In this document: positions 28,676-41,502 of the stretch, piece after piece
How the letters are laid out: every line of letters starts with the position of its first letter
How positions within the stretch are numbered: position 1 is the first letter of the stretch
DNA from: Octopus vulgaris
Lineage: Eukaryota
Direction: 5' to 3'
Assembly: GCA_951406725.2 (NCBI GenBank)
Contig: OX597816.1
Location: 72,602,001 to 72,666,000, forward strand
Length of the DNA: 64,000 nucleotides
Made by a program: the position numbers and the translations under genes
The notes under the pieces: generated by a model
Told to the model about the DNA's origin: nothing
Seen by the model: the letters and a program-made list of their open reading frames with translations, nothing else
The model's database searches: none

Positions 28676-28755
28676 GTAATAATAATAATAATTATAATGA
28701 TGATGATAATAATAATAATAATAATTATAATGATGATGATGATGATGGTAATAAT
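28290..28755. repeat. (TAA)n/(TGA)n microsatellite
   Basis: Directly visible. Confidence 0.95.
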
Positions 28756-28907
28756 ATTGTCATTATTGTCAATATAAAAAGCATCAATAACAGAGTTTTA
28801 TTAGTGTGACTTGCCTTATCACTCGTTCTTGGCAAGTGGCTGTTATTAATTTAATTTCTAATGAGTAAAACGTCAGCTTGTAAATTACTGATGCTTGTTG
28901 TTTATAC

Positions 28908-28947
<40 letters not shown>

Positions 28948-29359
28948 GTTATTATTATTACTGTTGTTGTTATTGTTGCAGTTTTATTAGCCTTTCAATG
29001 TCGGATTCAGGGTAACGTCTATGTTCATATACATATCTGTGTGTATGAATGTATGTGTATGTATGTATGCGCGCGTGTGTGTGTTGTGTGTGTGTGTTTG
29101 TGCGTGCGTGGTGTTTCATGCAAAGGTTCGTAACGGCCTCATTGTCGCCTCCGACCAACCGGTGAGGACAATGAGTCTATCGTAACCTAATAAGGAACGC
29201 GTTCTGACGGCAACAGCGACAGAGGCGGGGTGGGGATGTGGCAGCGGTTTACAAGGATTTTTATTGCTCTTGCTGGTTGTATGTGTGTGTGTGTACCTCT
29301 GCATGTACTTGGGTGTTTATGTAAATATACATACATATAGAGACATACGCACACATACA

Positions 29360-29429
<70 letters not shown>

Positions 29430-29587
29430 TATACATGCCCATATGTACATACACATATTCATATATACGGATATTACATGCACGTACCAATATATATGTG
29501 TGTGTGTGTGTGTGTGTATATATTATATATATATGTGTGTTTGTGTGTGTATATATATGTATTTATGTATATATATATGTATTTATG

Positions 29588-29624
<37 letters not shown>

Positions 29625-29855
29625 ATATATATTCATTTGTATATATGTACATATATGTATGTATACATATAGAAATACATATACATATGCATATATATAT
29701 ATATACACACACAAACACACACACTCACACAAACACGTACACACACACATATACATAGACGTATATACACACGTACATGATAGTCATTCCCACAAAAACT
29801 CACGCAAACACTCACGTACGCAAACTTATATGAACACATATACATACATAGATAT

Positions 29856-29905
<50 letters not shown>

Positions 29906-30314
29906 AGGAGAAGGTCACACCATGTGTCTCGTATTCTGTCGTCTCTTAGGTGCGAACAACGAGAACCGAAGGGTGGTACAGAGGTGCCTGGTTGAGCACT
30001 CTAATGATATAGCTAATGGCAACTAATGGAACTTTTTCCTTTAAATAGCAAACAAGGAGTAAACAGAGCGAGACAACACGATAAACTTAGACAAATTGGT
30101 AACAACAAATACAAAATGTAAAAAAAAAAATGAAAAAGAAAACAACAATCACGGCAAAGAAGATACATAAATACAAGCAAAGAACTGCATTAACCCCTCG
30201 ACTAACGCGGGTGTAACGTTCCAACCTCACTCTCCCCCACCCCGTGTTAAGTGAAAATCCGCGAAGTAGAAACATTATTGTACCTTGTTTAGTTTTCCTT
30301 TTTTTTTAAAATTC

Positions 30315-30518
30315 CTTTTACTTGTTTCAGTCATTTGACTGCGGCCCTGCTGTAGTAACCCGCCTTAGCCCAACAAATCGACCCCCAGGACTTATTCCTT
30401 GTAACCCTAGTACTTATTCTATCGGACCCTCTTTTGCCGGACCGGTAAATTATAGTGACGTAAACACACCAACATCGGCTGTCAAGCGATGATGGGGGAC
30501 AAACACAGACACTCACAC

Positions 30519-30556
<38 letters not shown>

Positions 30557-30665
30557 ATACGACGGGTTTCTTTCATTTTCCGTCTACCAAATTCACTCAC
30601 GCAGTGGGACTGAACCCGGAACCATGTGGTTGAAAAGCAAGCCACTTACTACACAGTCACTCCTT
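30315..30665 (-). mobile_element. SINE family A with an internal deletion and (ATCT)n
   Basis: CTTTTACTTGTTTCAGTCATTTGACTGCGGCC...GCAGTGGGACTGAACCCGGAACCATGTGG. Confidence 0.8.
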
Positions 30666-30798
30666 TGTTATTATTATTATTTCTCTTTGCATATATTTAT
30701 TTTATTATAAATGCAAAACAACACTACGGAGGAATCGATGTAAGCTTAAATAGTAAACCGCAATACGGCGAGGGTGGTGACAATACAGGTGCAGGTAA

Positions 30799-31240
30799 AG
30801 GCGGCGAGCTGGCAGAAACGTTAGCACGTCGGGCGAAATGCTTAGCAGTATTTCGTCTGTCGCTACGTTCTGAGTTCAAATTCCGCCGAGGTCGACTTTG
30901 CCTTTCATCCTTTCGGGGTCGATTAAATAAGTACTAGTTGTATACTAGGATCAATCTAGTCGACTGGCCCCTTCCCACAAAATTTCGGTCCTTGTGCCTA
31001 GAGAAGAAAAGCATATGGGTGCAAGTATTAAGCGGCTAACTGGTAATATCGTTAGCATACCGGGCAAAATGTTTCACGGCATTTCGTCCGTCTTTACGTT
31101 CTGAGTTCAAATTCTGCCGAAGTCAACTTTGCCTTTCATTCCTTCAGGGTCGATAAAAGAAGTACCAGTTGAGCTGGCGGGGTCGATATAAGCGACTTAC
31201 CTGTCCTCGAAATGCTGGGTTTTGCCAAAATTTGAAAACT
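30799..31240 (+). mobile_element. Two tandem family-B-related SINEs (alternative tail)
   Basis: GGCGGCGAGCTGGCAGAAACGTTAGC...GCCTTTCATCCTTTCGGGGTCGA and a diverged second copy from about 31030, with CCCC..AAATTT-type tails. Confidence 0.8.
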
Positions 31241-31403
31241 ATATGTGTAGGCATAGGTTTACGACTATATTGTTTCAGGATCAATCCCACAGCGCGGCAC
31301 CTTGAGCAAGTATTTTCTGCAATAACTCCTGACCGGAATATTTATTCCTTGTGTGTGAATTTGGCAGATGTAGATTGGAATCTTGTCGAATCTTTCTGTC
31401 CAC

Positions 31404-31465
<62 letters not shown>

Positions 31466-31487
31466 GTCTGTCTGTCTGTCTGTTTGC

Positions 31488-31519
<32 letters not shown>

Positions 31520-31699
31520 ACACACACACATACATATATGTGTATGTGTGTATGTGTAAGTGTGGTTGTGTGTATGTATGTATGTATGTATGTATGTATG
31601 TATGTATGTATGTATGTATGTGCTAGAAACTCCAGTTAAAATTTCCTGAAATGACATCGTAATATCATAAAAAGAATAGACACATTGGGTAATATTGAT

Positions 31700-31895
31700 T
31701 TTAAATTTTTGCACAAGGCCAGCAGTTTTGGGCAGGATCTAAGTCGATTACATCAACCTCAGTGTTCAATTGGTACTTAATTTATCGACCCCGAAAGAGA
31801 TGAAAGGCAAAGTCGACTTCGGCGGAATTTGAACTCAGAACGTTAAGACAGAGAAAATGCCGCCAAGAATTTTGCCCGGCGTGTTGACAACTCTA
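31700..31895 (-). mobile_element. Family-B-related SINE
   Basis: TTTATCGACCCCGAAA..TGAAAGGCAAAGTCGACTTCGGCGGAATTTGAACTCAGAACG. Confidence 0.75.
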
Positions 31896-32003
31896 CACGG
31901 AATTCAAGTTGCAGGGGCCATTTCTGGAATGGCTTCAGTCATAGGTCGGTTTCAGGTAGGAAACAACAGCAATACCATAAACACCGCATAGGAAAGATAA
32001 ACA

Positions 32004-32405
32004 AGGCGCAGGAGTGGCTGTGTGGTAAGTAGCTTGCTAACCAACCACATGGTTCCGGGTTCAGTCCCACTGCGTGGCATCTTGGGCAAGTGTCTTCTGC
32101 TATAGCCCCGGGCCGACCAATGCCTTGTGAGTGGATTTGGTAGACGGAAACTGAAAGAAGCCCGTCGTATATATGTATATATATATATATGTGTGTGTTT
32201 GTGTGTCTGTCCCCCTAGCATTGCTTGACAACCGATGCTGGTGTGTTTACGTCCCCGTCAGCTAGCGGTTCGGCAAAAGAGACCGATAGAATAAGTGCTG
32301 GGCTTACAAAGAATAAGTCCCGGGGTCGATTTGATCGACTAAAGGCGGTGCTACAGCATGGCCGCAGTCAAATGATTGAAACAAGTAAAAGAGTAAAAGA
32401 GTAAA
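32004..32405 (+). mobile_element. SINE family A, full-length, young-looking copy
   Basis: GGCGCAGGAGTGGCTGTGTGG...GCAGTCAAATGATTGAAACAAGTAAAAGAGTAAAAGAGT. Confidence 0.92.
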
Positions 32406-33349
32406 TAACAAAAACATTGAACGGGAAAAAATTACGAGTAAGAAGTAAGGAGTTGTAGTGGTGGAGATGGGGAGGGACGGGAAGAGGGATTGGACGAAAG
32501 ATTTACAGAGGGAAATATATAAGGAGGAACATAATCGGGGGAGGGATGCCAAGAGGGAAGAGGAGGTAAGATTCCTACCGCCCTTTCCTTGCTAGCTATC
32601 CGTAATTGTAAAGGCGATTACAATATTTCCGCTAATTAGGGTTCAATCGCAACAGACGGCTCGGTTGTAGTAGCTGTAATCGTAATAATTTTCTATTGTG
32701 CTTGTTTCTTTTTTTTTTTTTAGTTTTGTTGCTATTGTTATGGTTATTGTTGTTATCATTATACTGTTATGTTTGTTTGTTTGTTTTTGTCTGTATTGTT
32801 TTTCTTTGCTGGAGGTGATGGTGAAGGCGTGATGATAGGGAGTGTTTGTGGTCGCCAATGTTGTCGGTTGGTGTTAATAGGGACTTTATTTTTGTTGTTT
32901 TGTTTTTATGCTTGCGATATATGTGGGGAAGGTTTTTGCAAGGACGAGTAGGTTGCCTTTTCTATGGCTCGCACACTCACATACAGACACACATTTATAT
33001 ACACACATGTAGACATACATATTTTCTATATGTGTGTATGAATGTGGGTGTGTGTATATATATATGCGCGAGTGTATATATGTATGCGGTGTAAAAATAT
33101 ATTTATTTATGTCAACATATATATACATACGTACATGCACACACATAAATATATAGATATACAACGGGTCTCTTTCAGTTCCCGTTTACCAAATCCACTC
33201 ACAAGGATTTGGTCGGCCCGAGTATATTGTAAAACACACTTTCTGAAGGTACCACGCAGTGGGACTGAAGCCCCGGAATCATGTGTTTGGGAAACAAGCT
33301 TCTTATCACACAGCCACGTCTGTGCCTATATATATATATATATATATCC

Positions 33350-34162
33350 AAATAAGCAACAAGGATATCCAAGGTAGAGTAGTACAATTGTTTCATGCTA
33401 GTTCATTTTATTAAACACAGTAAGTATTTCATCAGTTTTAAAATGTCGAGCAATCTTCAGCCACATATAGAATTTTTCAATTAAACGGACGATGCACATT
33501 CTTATACTTATTTCATTTGCCAACATTACAAAGAGGATAGATATATAGACAGAGAGGTTAATTTCATCATTAAGAACATGATGGTAGTATGTTCATTCTC
33601 CGTCTGTATATTTTATCACTAAGTTCACTTTGTTATTTAGATCTATCAGTGGGGAGGCTTTTTTTATACTTGGTTGAATGGAAACAAACAAGAATTTTTT
33701 CTATTTATAGATAGAGGAGCGGGTAGTACAAATGTCAAAACCATAAATCCATCTTCATTTTGAGGAATTTAGTTTAGACATATTTGAATGTATTATAGCA
33801 AAAAGCTAGTAGGCTGAAGTTTGTGGGGTAGACAGAATAGAGACTACTAATGCTCTAGAGGTTTTCAATGTCCCTTACCATTCAACAGCCAAATTCTATA
33901 TTATGAATTCTAAGTAAATATCCTTTTCTAAAGGATTTCAATAAATATTAGTATCTTACATAAAAAATATAGAAATCATTTCATATTTATATAAATATAT
34001 ATATATATATCCATTTCTATTAATATTGAATCATGATTAGTTAGTAAATAGTGATTTATTTTATTAATGAGTTGAAATTAAAAGAATATGCTAGACATAA
34101 TATTTACTAACTGTGGAAAAAAATTTGTACTACTCTACCTTGGATATCCTTGTTGCTTATTT
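33350..34162. mobile_element. 813-bp AT-rich segment bounded by a perfect 38-bp inverted repeat (MITE or Penelope-like)
   Basis: AAATAAGCAACAAGGATATCCAAGGTAGAGTAGTACAA (33350-33387) and its exact reverse complement (34125-34162). Confidence 0.65.
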
Positions 34163-34284
34163 TTATTATAATCACCCTATTTGATTTATATGGCTAATAC
34201 CATACAAAATTCTGGTGCCTTTAAATTAAGTACCATATTCATCTGAATCTAAATTTTGCTGAACTTATATATATATGTGTGTGT

Positions 34285-34347
<63 letters not shown>

Positions 34348-34366
34348 GTGAATGTATGTATGTATA

Positions 34367-35043
34367 TGGTGCGGTGAATAAATTGTCGTCTGCATTACGC
34401 AAAAATGAAAATAGCACTGACATCTCATATTTACCAAAATTACATGAAAATATCTTGAAATACTAAACAGTAAATTTATGCAATAAAATCGCCATCGGCT
34501 TCAACCACGATGATGCCTTCGGAATCTCCTGCAACTCTTCTGGATGGTTTCCTTGTTTAAGTTGGTAAATGGTGTCATAATCCTTGCCTTCAGTTCATCT
34601 TTGGTGTTACAAGAAGGGGTTTTGTTGGTCTCTCGCTCAACTGTGCCCCACACATAATAACTAAGGAGGTTGCAGTCTGGGGAGTTAGGTGGTCGGATGT
34701 TAGGGGTGATGTGGACACAGAAGTTGTCTGACAGCCATGACTGGGTTCTCCTGCTTGGGTGGCATGGTGCAGAGTCCTGTTGCCAGACATAGGATCTTCT
34801 AGCAGCACAACCTCCTCCAGGCACTTGATGTAGGCCTCCGCGTTGAGTCTGAGGTCGAGTGCGAAGATGAATGGAGGCACAATGTCGCCATCACTAGTGA
34901 TCATGAAAATAGCACTGACATCTCATATTTACCAAACACCATGACGTTGACTGGATGTTTGATTTTCATCACTCTCGGTATATGTTTTGAGGACATGGAA
35001 AGCCAACCGTTGTTCTGTGTGTTCACCATCTGATCCTGGCAGA
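34367..35043 (-). pseudogene. Tc1/mariner DD37D (maT) transposase, 3' half, with a probable terminal repeat
   Basis: QDQMVNTQNN..KIKHPVNVMV / ITSDGDIVPPFIF / VWQQDSAPCH..PPNSPDCNLLSYYVWG. There are 37 residues between D2 and the D3 position (here S). Frameshifted. Confidence 0.85.
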
Positions 35044-35086
35044 TCATCGGCTGATTGGGTCCATAAGGTCAAAATTGCTTTTGACC

Positions 35087-36062
35087 TCACCCAATCAACA
35101 TTTTTACATTTAAGAGCCTGGCAGGGTCGCCACCCAGACCCCGACGGATAGTGTCATCTATCCACTCGGTCTCTATACCGTGTGGCAGCCCACACACCCA
35201 GGCTCTCGTCAACTTTCTACCGCCATAAGTAGGAAGAGACAAAATTTTCTCCCCTTCCAAAGGCATTCTCGCAAAATCACGAGCTTCCGCAGGGGTGTCA
35301 AAAAGTATACACACAGTTGCGTACTTCGCACCCCTGCGGATAAACCTCACAGTCTACCAACTCCTCCTCAATTTCTTCCCGAGAGAAGACCTTGATGGTG
35401 CCAAGGACCCTGGAATAGTTCCTTAACACCACCGTTCTCACCGTATAATTTTTCAACCATTCTTTGGGGGCCACAATTTTCCACTCCAAAGCGGATTTCA
35501 CAGTTGCCACGTTGATAGCCAGCACAAAAATAAAATTCCACAAGCAAAAATCAAAATGTTCAAATGAAAGTCTATAAAGAAACTAAAAAAAAAAAAAAAA
35601 TCAGAAAGACAGACAGGAGAAGAAAGAGCGAAGGGAGATAGTCCAAAATGGCAACACAACACAATACAATTCTGCCACTCTGGTAATCCAAACTGGTAGT
35701 CCTTCGCTGCACAAATAGTATTCCGTTCAACTCTGGCTGTACTCCTTATCCTTTATGGTAAAAATCCACTTGAAAGAGCACAAAAACAGTCATAGAAAAT
35801 TCCAAAAATTTTCAGAGGGACACGCCTGCCAAAATAAACACAATTCTCACTACGAAGTGAGGCTTCTTGCACGACCACTGGCAAACAAATACCTGGAACC
35901 CAGTGGAGACCCCTGTTCGAAAAAAAATACTTAAATACAAACAGCAGACCCCACTAAGCTCCCCCCAAAACAAATGCTTTACCTGTGGTCGTGCTTCAAA
36001 TGTTCATTTTTTCACGTACGACGTGACTTCCACCGCAACGAAAAACAACGCGACAACTTGGT
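35087..36062 (-). mobile_element. Probable 5' part (5'UTR + ORF1 N-terminus) of an L1/Tx1-like LINE
   Basis: Frameshifted non-repetitive ORF RTVVLRNYSR..FSREEIEEEL / RFIRRGAKYATVCILFDTPAEARDF..LPTYGGRKLTRAWVCGLP with an RRM-like pattern, preceded by a leader of about 500 bp with a CpG-containing start. Clade is inferred. Confidence 0.5.
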
Positions 36063-36109
36063 AGCAGTAAGCTAGCTACTTACCACACAGTCACTCCTGC
36101 GCCTATCAT

Positions 36110-36327
36110 TTTTTCCTTTTCCCGAGATTACCGTGGTATTTTATTCAGAGGCTTTTCTTTACTCGGATAACCCTAGTCAGCGTTATATTTTCTCCCCCGT
36201 TTGGGAATTTCTGTTGTTCCAACGTTACCTTGTTATTTCTAGTTTACACGTCCCAGAACGTTTTCGATCCCTACATTGTATTCTCCCCCTGCCCCGTGTT
36301 CGGCCCTTCGTGGCCTAATAAAGAAAT
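36110..36327 (+). mobile_element. L1/Tx1-like 3'UTR fragment
   Basis: T-rich, ends TCCCTACATTGT...GTTCGGCCCTTCGTGGCCTAATAAAGAAAT, similar to the 3' end of 42476-42891. Confidence 0.5.
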
Positions 36328-37039
36328 CTACTTAATGTTAGGTTTTAACTTCTTTACGTTGCAAAACTAGCGGCTGCCCAACTTGTGTGGTCTATGTGCT
36401 TATTCTAATTATTATACTGTTTATTCGTGGTTTCTTCTTTTCATTTACTGAGACATAAATGAAACATGGTCTTATTATTATTAAAATATTAAGAATTAAA
36501 AAAAAATTTCTAATGCTGAGATGTACAAAAGAATTTATTGTAAAAAAATCTGTAGCCAGTGTGCTAAGTCTTTCTAGAAATTGAAAAGTAAACAAAACTG
36601 TAACTTAAAGTAATTACGCTTTAATTTGTAGATCACACGCCAAAGTAGCACCAAAATTTCGATTATGTCTTCGATATCGTTCCATAGTAAAAACAGTGAT
36701 AAAATAAAACCAGTCTAAAGGGTAACACACAAACACATGTGACTAGAAGAGAAATTTCATAGATGAATCCCCCGAAGCTAATGAGGAGTATACGAGGCGT
36801 GATTGTGGCAAGCCTGAAAACAATAATATACAAATAATCAGATTAGAAATATAAACCAAGGAGAAATGTATGATATTTTGTTGTTATTCTGTCTCTATAT
36901 TATATCACGGTACAATAACCTTCACTTAATTACTTCAATTGTTATTTTGTTTAAACAACGGACTGTTGTCTGGCCGTCAGCGACATATTTATTTGAGTGG
37001 GTGAGGAAGGTGACAGACAGGCAGGCAAACAGACAGACG

Positions 37040-37076
<37 letters not shown>

Positions 37077-37260
37077 CGGGGGAGAGGGGGTGAAGGAGAA
37101 GAATTAAACGGGGTGTGACAAGTGTGATTCGTTAGTGTTAGTATATGGCTGGGAAGCTGTAACTCATGACACCTAACCAAATTAGAAGGCTGGGAATGGC
37201 ATAGAGCGCGAGAAAGCAGACAGCAGGAGGCGTCAGAGAAGGCAGGAGTAAGATCTCTCA

Positions 37261-37340
<80 letters not shown>

Positions 37341-37500
37341 AGGAGTGTCTGTGTGGTAAGTAGCTTGCTACCTAACCACATGGTCCCGGGTTCAGTCCCA
37401 CTGCGTGGCACCTAGGGCAAGTGTCTTCTACCATAGCCTCAGTCCGGCCAAAGCCTTGTGAGTAGATTTGGTAGACTGAAACTGAAAGAATCCAGTCGTA

Positions 37501-37550
<50 letters not shown>

Positions 37551-38014
37551 AGCATAGTTACATATACGCCAATACACACACACACATTGATTTTAACTTG
37601 CTTCTGTACCACATAGCGTGAGGCATTCTGTCTGTAAAATTTATGTAAACTCGTGCGCGCGCGCACACATTTCCATTTTTGCAATACATACATATAAAAT
37701 AACGATGTTTTGCCAACCTAATGTGGTAGTCCCATTTTAGGGCGTGCCATATTAGCTTGACAAAAAATCGTTACTTTAATTATCTTTCGTTGACAGATTT
37801 AGGGACAACATCGTTTCTATTAAATATATATATATATAATACATACCGCTAAGCACTTTGTGTGACGTGCTCACGGTTCTGTCCGTTCACCGCTTTATAA
37901 TCCTTTCTTTTATAGGTAGAAGACCTGACATTTTGAGGTGGAGCGGGAATGGGGGTGGCTAATCGATTACATCGACCCAAGTGTTTTACTGGTACTTAAT
38001 TTATCGACTCGAAA

Positions 38015-38624
38015 AGAAAAAAGGCGCAGTCACGGCAAGGTAGCCCAAAACATTCACTGGCTACTATGTCAGATGTATGGATACGAGTTAACGGGTGCTT
38101 GGTACCAACATATACCGGAAAATGTGATTTAAGAAAAGGGGAAGGCAAAAGTACTCTGGGACTTTGACTTCCTGACAGACAAGGTGTTAGAGCACCGAAG
38201 GCCGGATATAGTAACATTTAAGGGGTAAAAACAAGAGTGCCTAATAATCGACGTAGGAGCGCCAGGAGATCAACATATTATCATGAAAGAAAGAGAAAAG
38301 GTTGATAAATATGGAGACCTGAGAATTGAGATCGCTAAGATGTGGCAGCTATGAGAGTCAAACATAAAGTTTGCCCTGTTGTCATCGGAGCATTGGGTTC
38401 AATACTACCCAACCTGAAAAAAAAAAAAACATCTGGAAACTTTAGAAATACCCTACATTCTAGGTGTATTGAAAAAAATCGGCATTACTTGGAACAGACG
38501 CACATTGCGTAAAGTTCTGTCTGTCTGAGGTCCTTGTTGTGTCTTGATAAACGGTACAAATGTCCGGCACGCAATATCTTCAATCAACAACATCATGATA
38601 TTGGATACCGTGCGACGTCTTAAA
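38015..38624 (+). mobile_element. 3' fragment of a second RLE-type (R4/Dong-like) LINE family
   Basis: HGKVAQNIHWLLC..WYQHIPE..VLWDFDFLTDKVLEHRRPDIV..CLIIDVGAPGD..EKVDKYGDLRIEI..VVIGALG..SALLGT, followed by (TAC)n(TAA)n. Confidence 0.88.
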
Positions 38625-38644
38625 TACTACTACTACTACTGCTG

Positions 38645-38744
<100 letters not shown>

Positions 38745-38751
38745 GAAGAAG

Positions 38752-40211
38752 AATGCTAAAAACAAGATAATATGTATTAACACTTTACCCGTCCCAGTTA
38801 TAAGTTACAGCTACAATATCCTTAACTGGACACTAAATGAACTAACCAAAATAGATAGGAAAACAAGAAAAATAATGACAGGATCTAGGATGCATCACCC
38901 AAAATCTGACATAGAAAGGCTATATATACAACGTATAGAAGGTGGTAGAGGCCTTATACAGCTGGAAAACTATTATAAAATAACCACCACAGGACTGCAA
39001 AAATATCTACTTCAGAAGCAAGGAAAACTGTTACAAATAGCGGCAAAACACGAGCAAAACAAAAAAACTGTTCTCAGTATCTAAGGAAGCTGACAAATAC
39101 AAGCAAGAAATCATACCACCTAACAAATATGAAGAAGAAGAAGAAGAAGAAGAAGAAGAAGAAGAAGAAGAAGAAGAAGAAGAAGAAGAAGAAGAAGAAG
39201 AAGAAGAAGAAGAATAAAAAGAAAAAGAAGAAGAAGAAGAAGAAGAAGAAGAAGAAGAAGAAGAAGAAGAAGAAGAAGAAGAAGAAGAAGAAACAACAAA
39301 AGTTATGAAACAAATGAAATCCAAACTAAAACTAGAACAGCAACGGACCATGATAAAACGATGGCTAGAAAAGCCCCTTCATGGCAAATACTGGACTAAA
39401 CTAAATGCAAAAGAAATAGACAAAGAAAAATCCCAGAAATGGTTGAGAAGCTCAGGACTCAAAGCAGGGACGGAGGGATTTTTAATTGCAGCACAAGACC
39501 AAAGCCTCCCCACCAGAAATTACCAAAAACATATAATGAAAAGAAACATAACAAGTAACTGCAGGATATGTGGAGATGGACAAGAAACAATAAATCATAT
39601 TATCTCTGGCTGCCCAGTCCTGGCTAAGAAGGAATATATTCACAGAAACGACAGAGTTGGGACCTACATACACTGGAAGCTATGTCAACACTATGGAATA
39701 ACAACAGAAAAAAGATGGTATAGGCACACACCAGAAAAGGTCACAGTAAACGAGAAAGCAACCATACTCTGGGATATGCCAATACACACAGATAGAGAAA
39801 TTAAGGCCAATAGGCTAGATGTAGTTGTCAGAGATGATGAAGAAAAAAATGCTTTCTAATTGATGTATCAATACCAGCAGACGACAACGTGTCTCTAAAA
39901 GAAATGGAGAAACTTTCAAAATGCAAAGACCTGGAAATAGAGATAGCTCGAATGTAGAATCTAAAAACAGAAACAATTCCTATCATAGGCGCATTAGGTA
40001 TGATAAAAAATATTCAGACAAATGCATAACAAAAACACCAGGACTTACAAACAAATATAACATACAGAAAATTGCACTATTGGGCACTGCACACATCCTA
40101 CGCAAAACACTTTCAATAAATCAGAGCATCACAACAAATCACAGCACATACCAAAGGCACACAGAGCTGCGCTCGGTAGTGAAGTGAAAGCAGGCTATAA
40201 AAATAAAACTA

Positions 40212-40214
<3 letters not shown>
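38752..40214 (+). mobile_element. Dong/R4-like LINE, second 5'-truncated copy of the 20830-22958 family
   Basis: MHHPKSDIERLYIQRIEGGRGL, KPLHGKY, AAQDQSL, CRICG..HIISGC and the RLE region. Near-identical to copy 1. (TAA)n on both sides. Confidence 0.92.
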
Positions 40215-40266
<52 letters not shown>

Positions 40267-40398
40267 GTAATTTTTTTATTAGCCACAGAAGTATAGATGA
40301 GGAGGAGATCACAATGACCGGCAACAATTTGTGCGAAGATTTACATGAGGAGAAAGGACAGTGAAATGCAGGCGTGGCTATAGGTGCCAGCGTGGCTA

Positions 40399-40806
40399 TA
40401 GGCGCAAGCGTGGCTCTGTGGTAAGAAGCTTGCTTCCAAATCAGATGGTTTGGCGTTCAGTCCCTTTGCATGGCACCTTGGGTAAGTGTCTGCTAATATA
40501 GCTTCGCGCCGACAATAGCCTTGTGTGTGGATTTGTTAGACGGAAGCTGAAAGAAGCCCGTCGTATATATATATGCATACATATGCGTGTGTGTGTATTT
40601 GTGTGTTTGTGTCTATATTTGTCCCTCAACATCGCTTGACAATCGATGTTGGTGTGTTTACGTCCCCGTAACTAGCAGTTCGGCAAAAGATCTCGATAGA
40701 ATAAGTACTAATCTTACAAAGAATAAGTGCAGGGGTCGATTTGTTCAACCTAAAAGGCAGAGCACCAGCATGGCCACAGTTAAAATGACTGAAACAAGTA
40801 AAAGAA
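40399..40806 (+). mobile_element. SINE family A, preceded by short tandem head duplications
   Basis: GCGTGGCT occurs three times at 40372-40415, then the family A body runs to GACTGAAACAAGTAAAAGA. Confidence 0.85.
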
Positions 40807-40859
40807 TTGTGCGCAAAGTTTATGATTTCATGAGTGATGCAGTCCTCCTGATACAGGAA

Positions 40860-41101
40860 AAATTCCACCAAGGTCCAATTAAGAAACCCTACATATCCTG
40901 GATTAAGCTGACCCCCAAAGGTACGTGCCCTCGCTCCTGATCTCCAATCTACAGGCGCATAGATTTCGCACTAACCATTCGCTCTAACCATTTTTGTCAC
41001 AGTCACCCATCTTTTCACAAATTCATTGGGAGGTAGGACTTCCCTCTCCACCCTCACTTCATTTCCAAGTGGAACTTAAAAACGTCGATGAGAGCTTGAT
41101 C
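40860..41101 (-). mobile_element. L1/Tx1-like ORF2 C-terminal fragment
   Basis: DQALIDVFKFHLEMK / VRVEREVLPPNEFVKRWVTVTKMVRANG, homologous to the peptide at 42742-42891. Confidence 0.6.
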
Positions 41102-41502
41102 GAAGAGGAAGGTTTGTTTCGTCAATCGTCTCATCTTCGTCCATCACACGGCGTCTTTCGCCGTAGCCGCAGAGATGAGGATGACGAAGAAAGAAAAAAA
41201 CAAAACAAAACAGAACAACAAGAACAAGGAACAGATTCAGAAGAATTTCTATACAATTCAAGTCTATCATACAGTTCACATATAACATCCGGAGAGACAA
41301 AAACATTGACCTAAAACTAACATTAAATCCCAACAGACTGACTATTTTTAGAAAAAAGATATATTTTCTATATCAGAGAGTAAGAAAAAGACAAAAAAGA
41401 AAAAGAGAAAAAAGGAGAAAAAGGAGACAGTAACATAGACGAATGGACGTTGAAATAGAAAGAATACATGGCAAAAATACAAACAATGAACAATTTATTT
41501 GT

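Noticed and set aside
40994-41314. 106-aa acidic ORF on the plus strand
   Set aside because: Its first third is antisense to a Tx1-like fragment; the rest is low-complexity with no recognisable domain.
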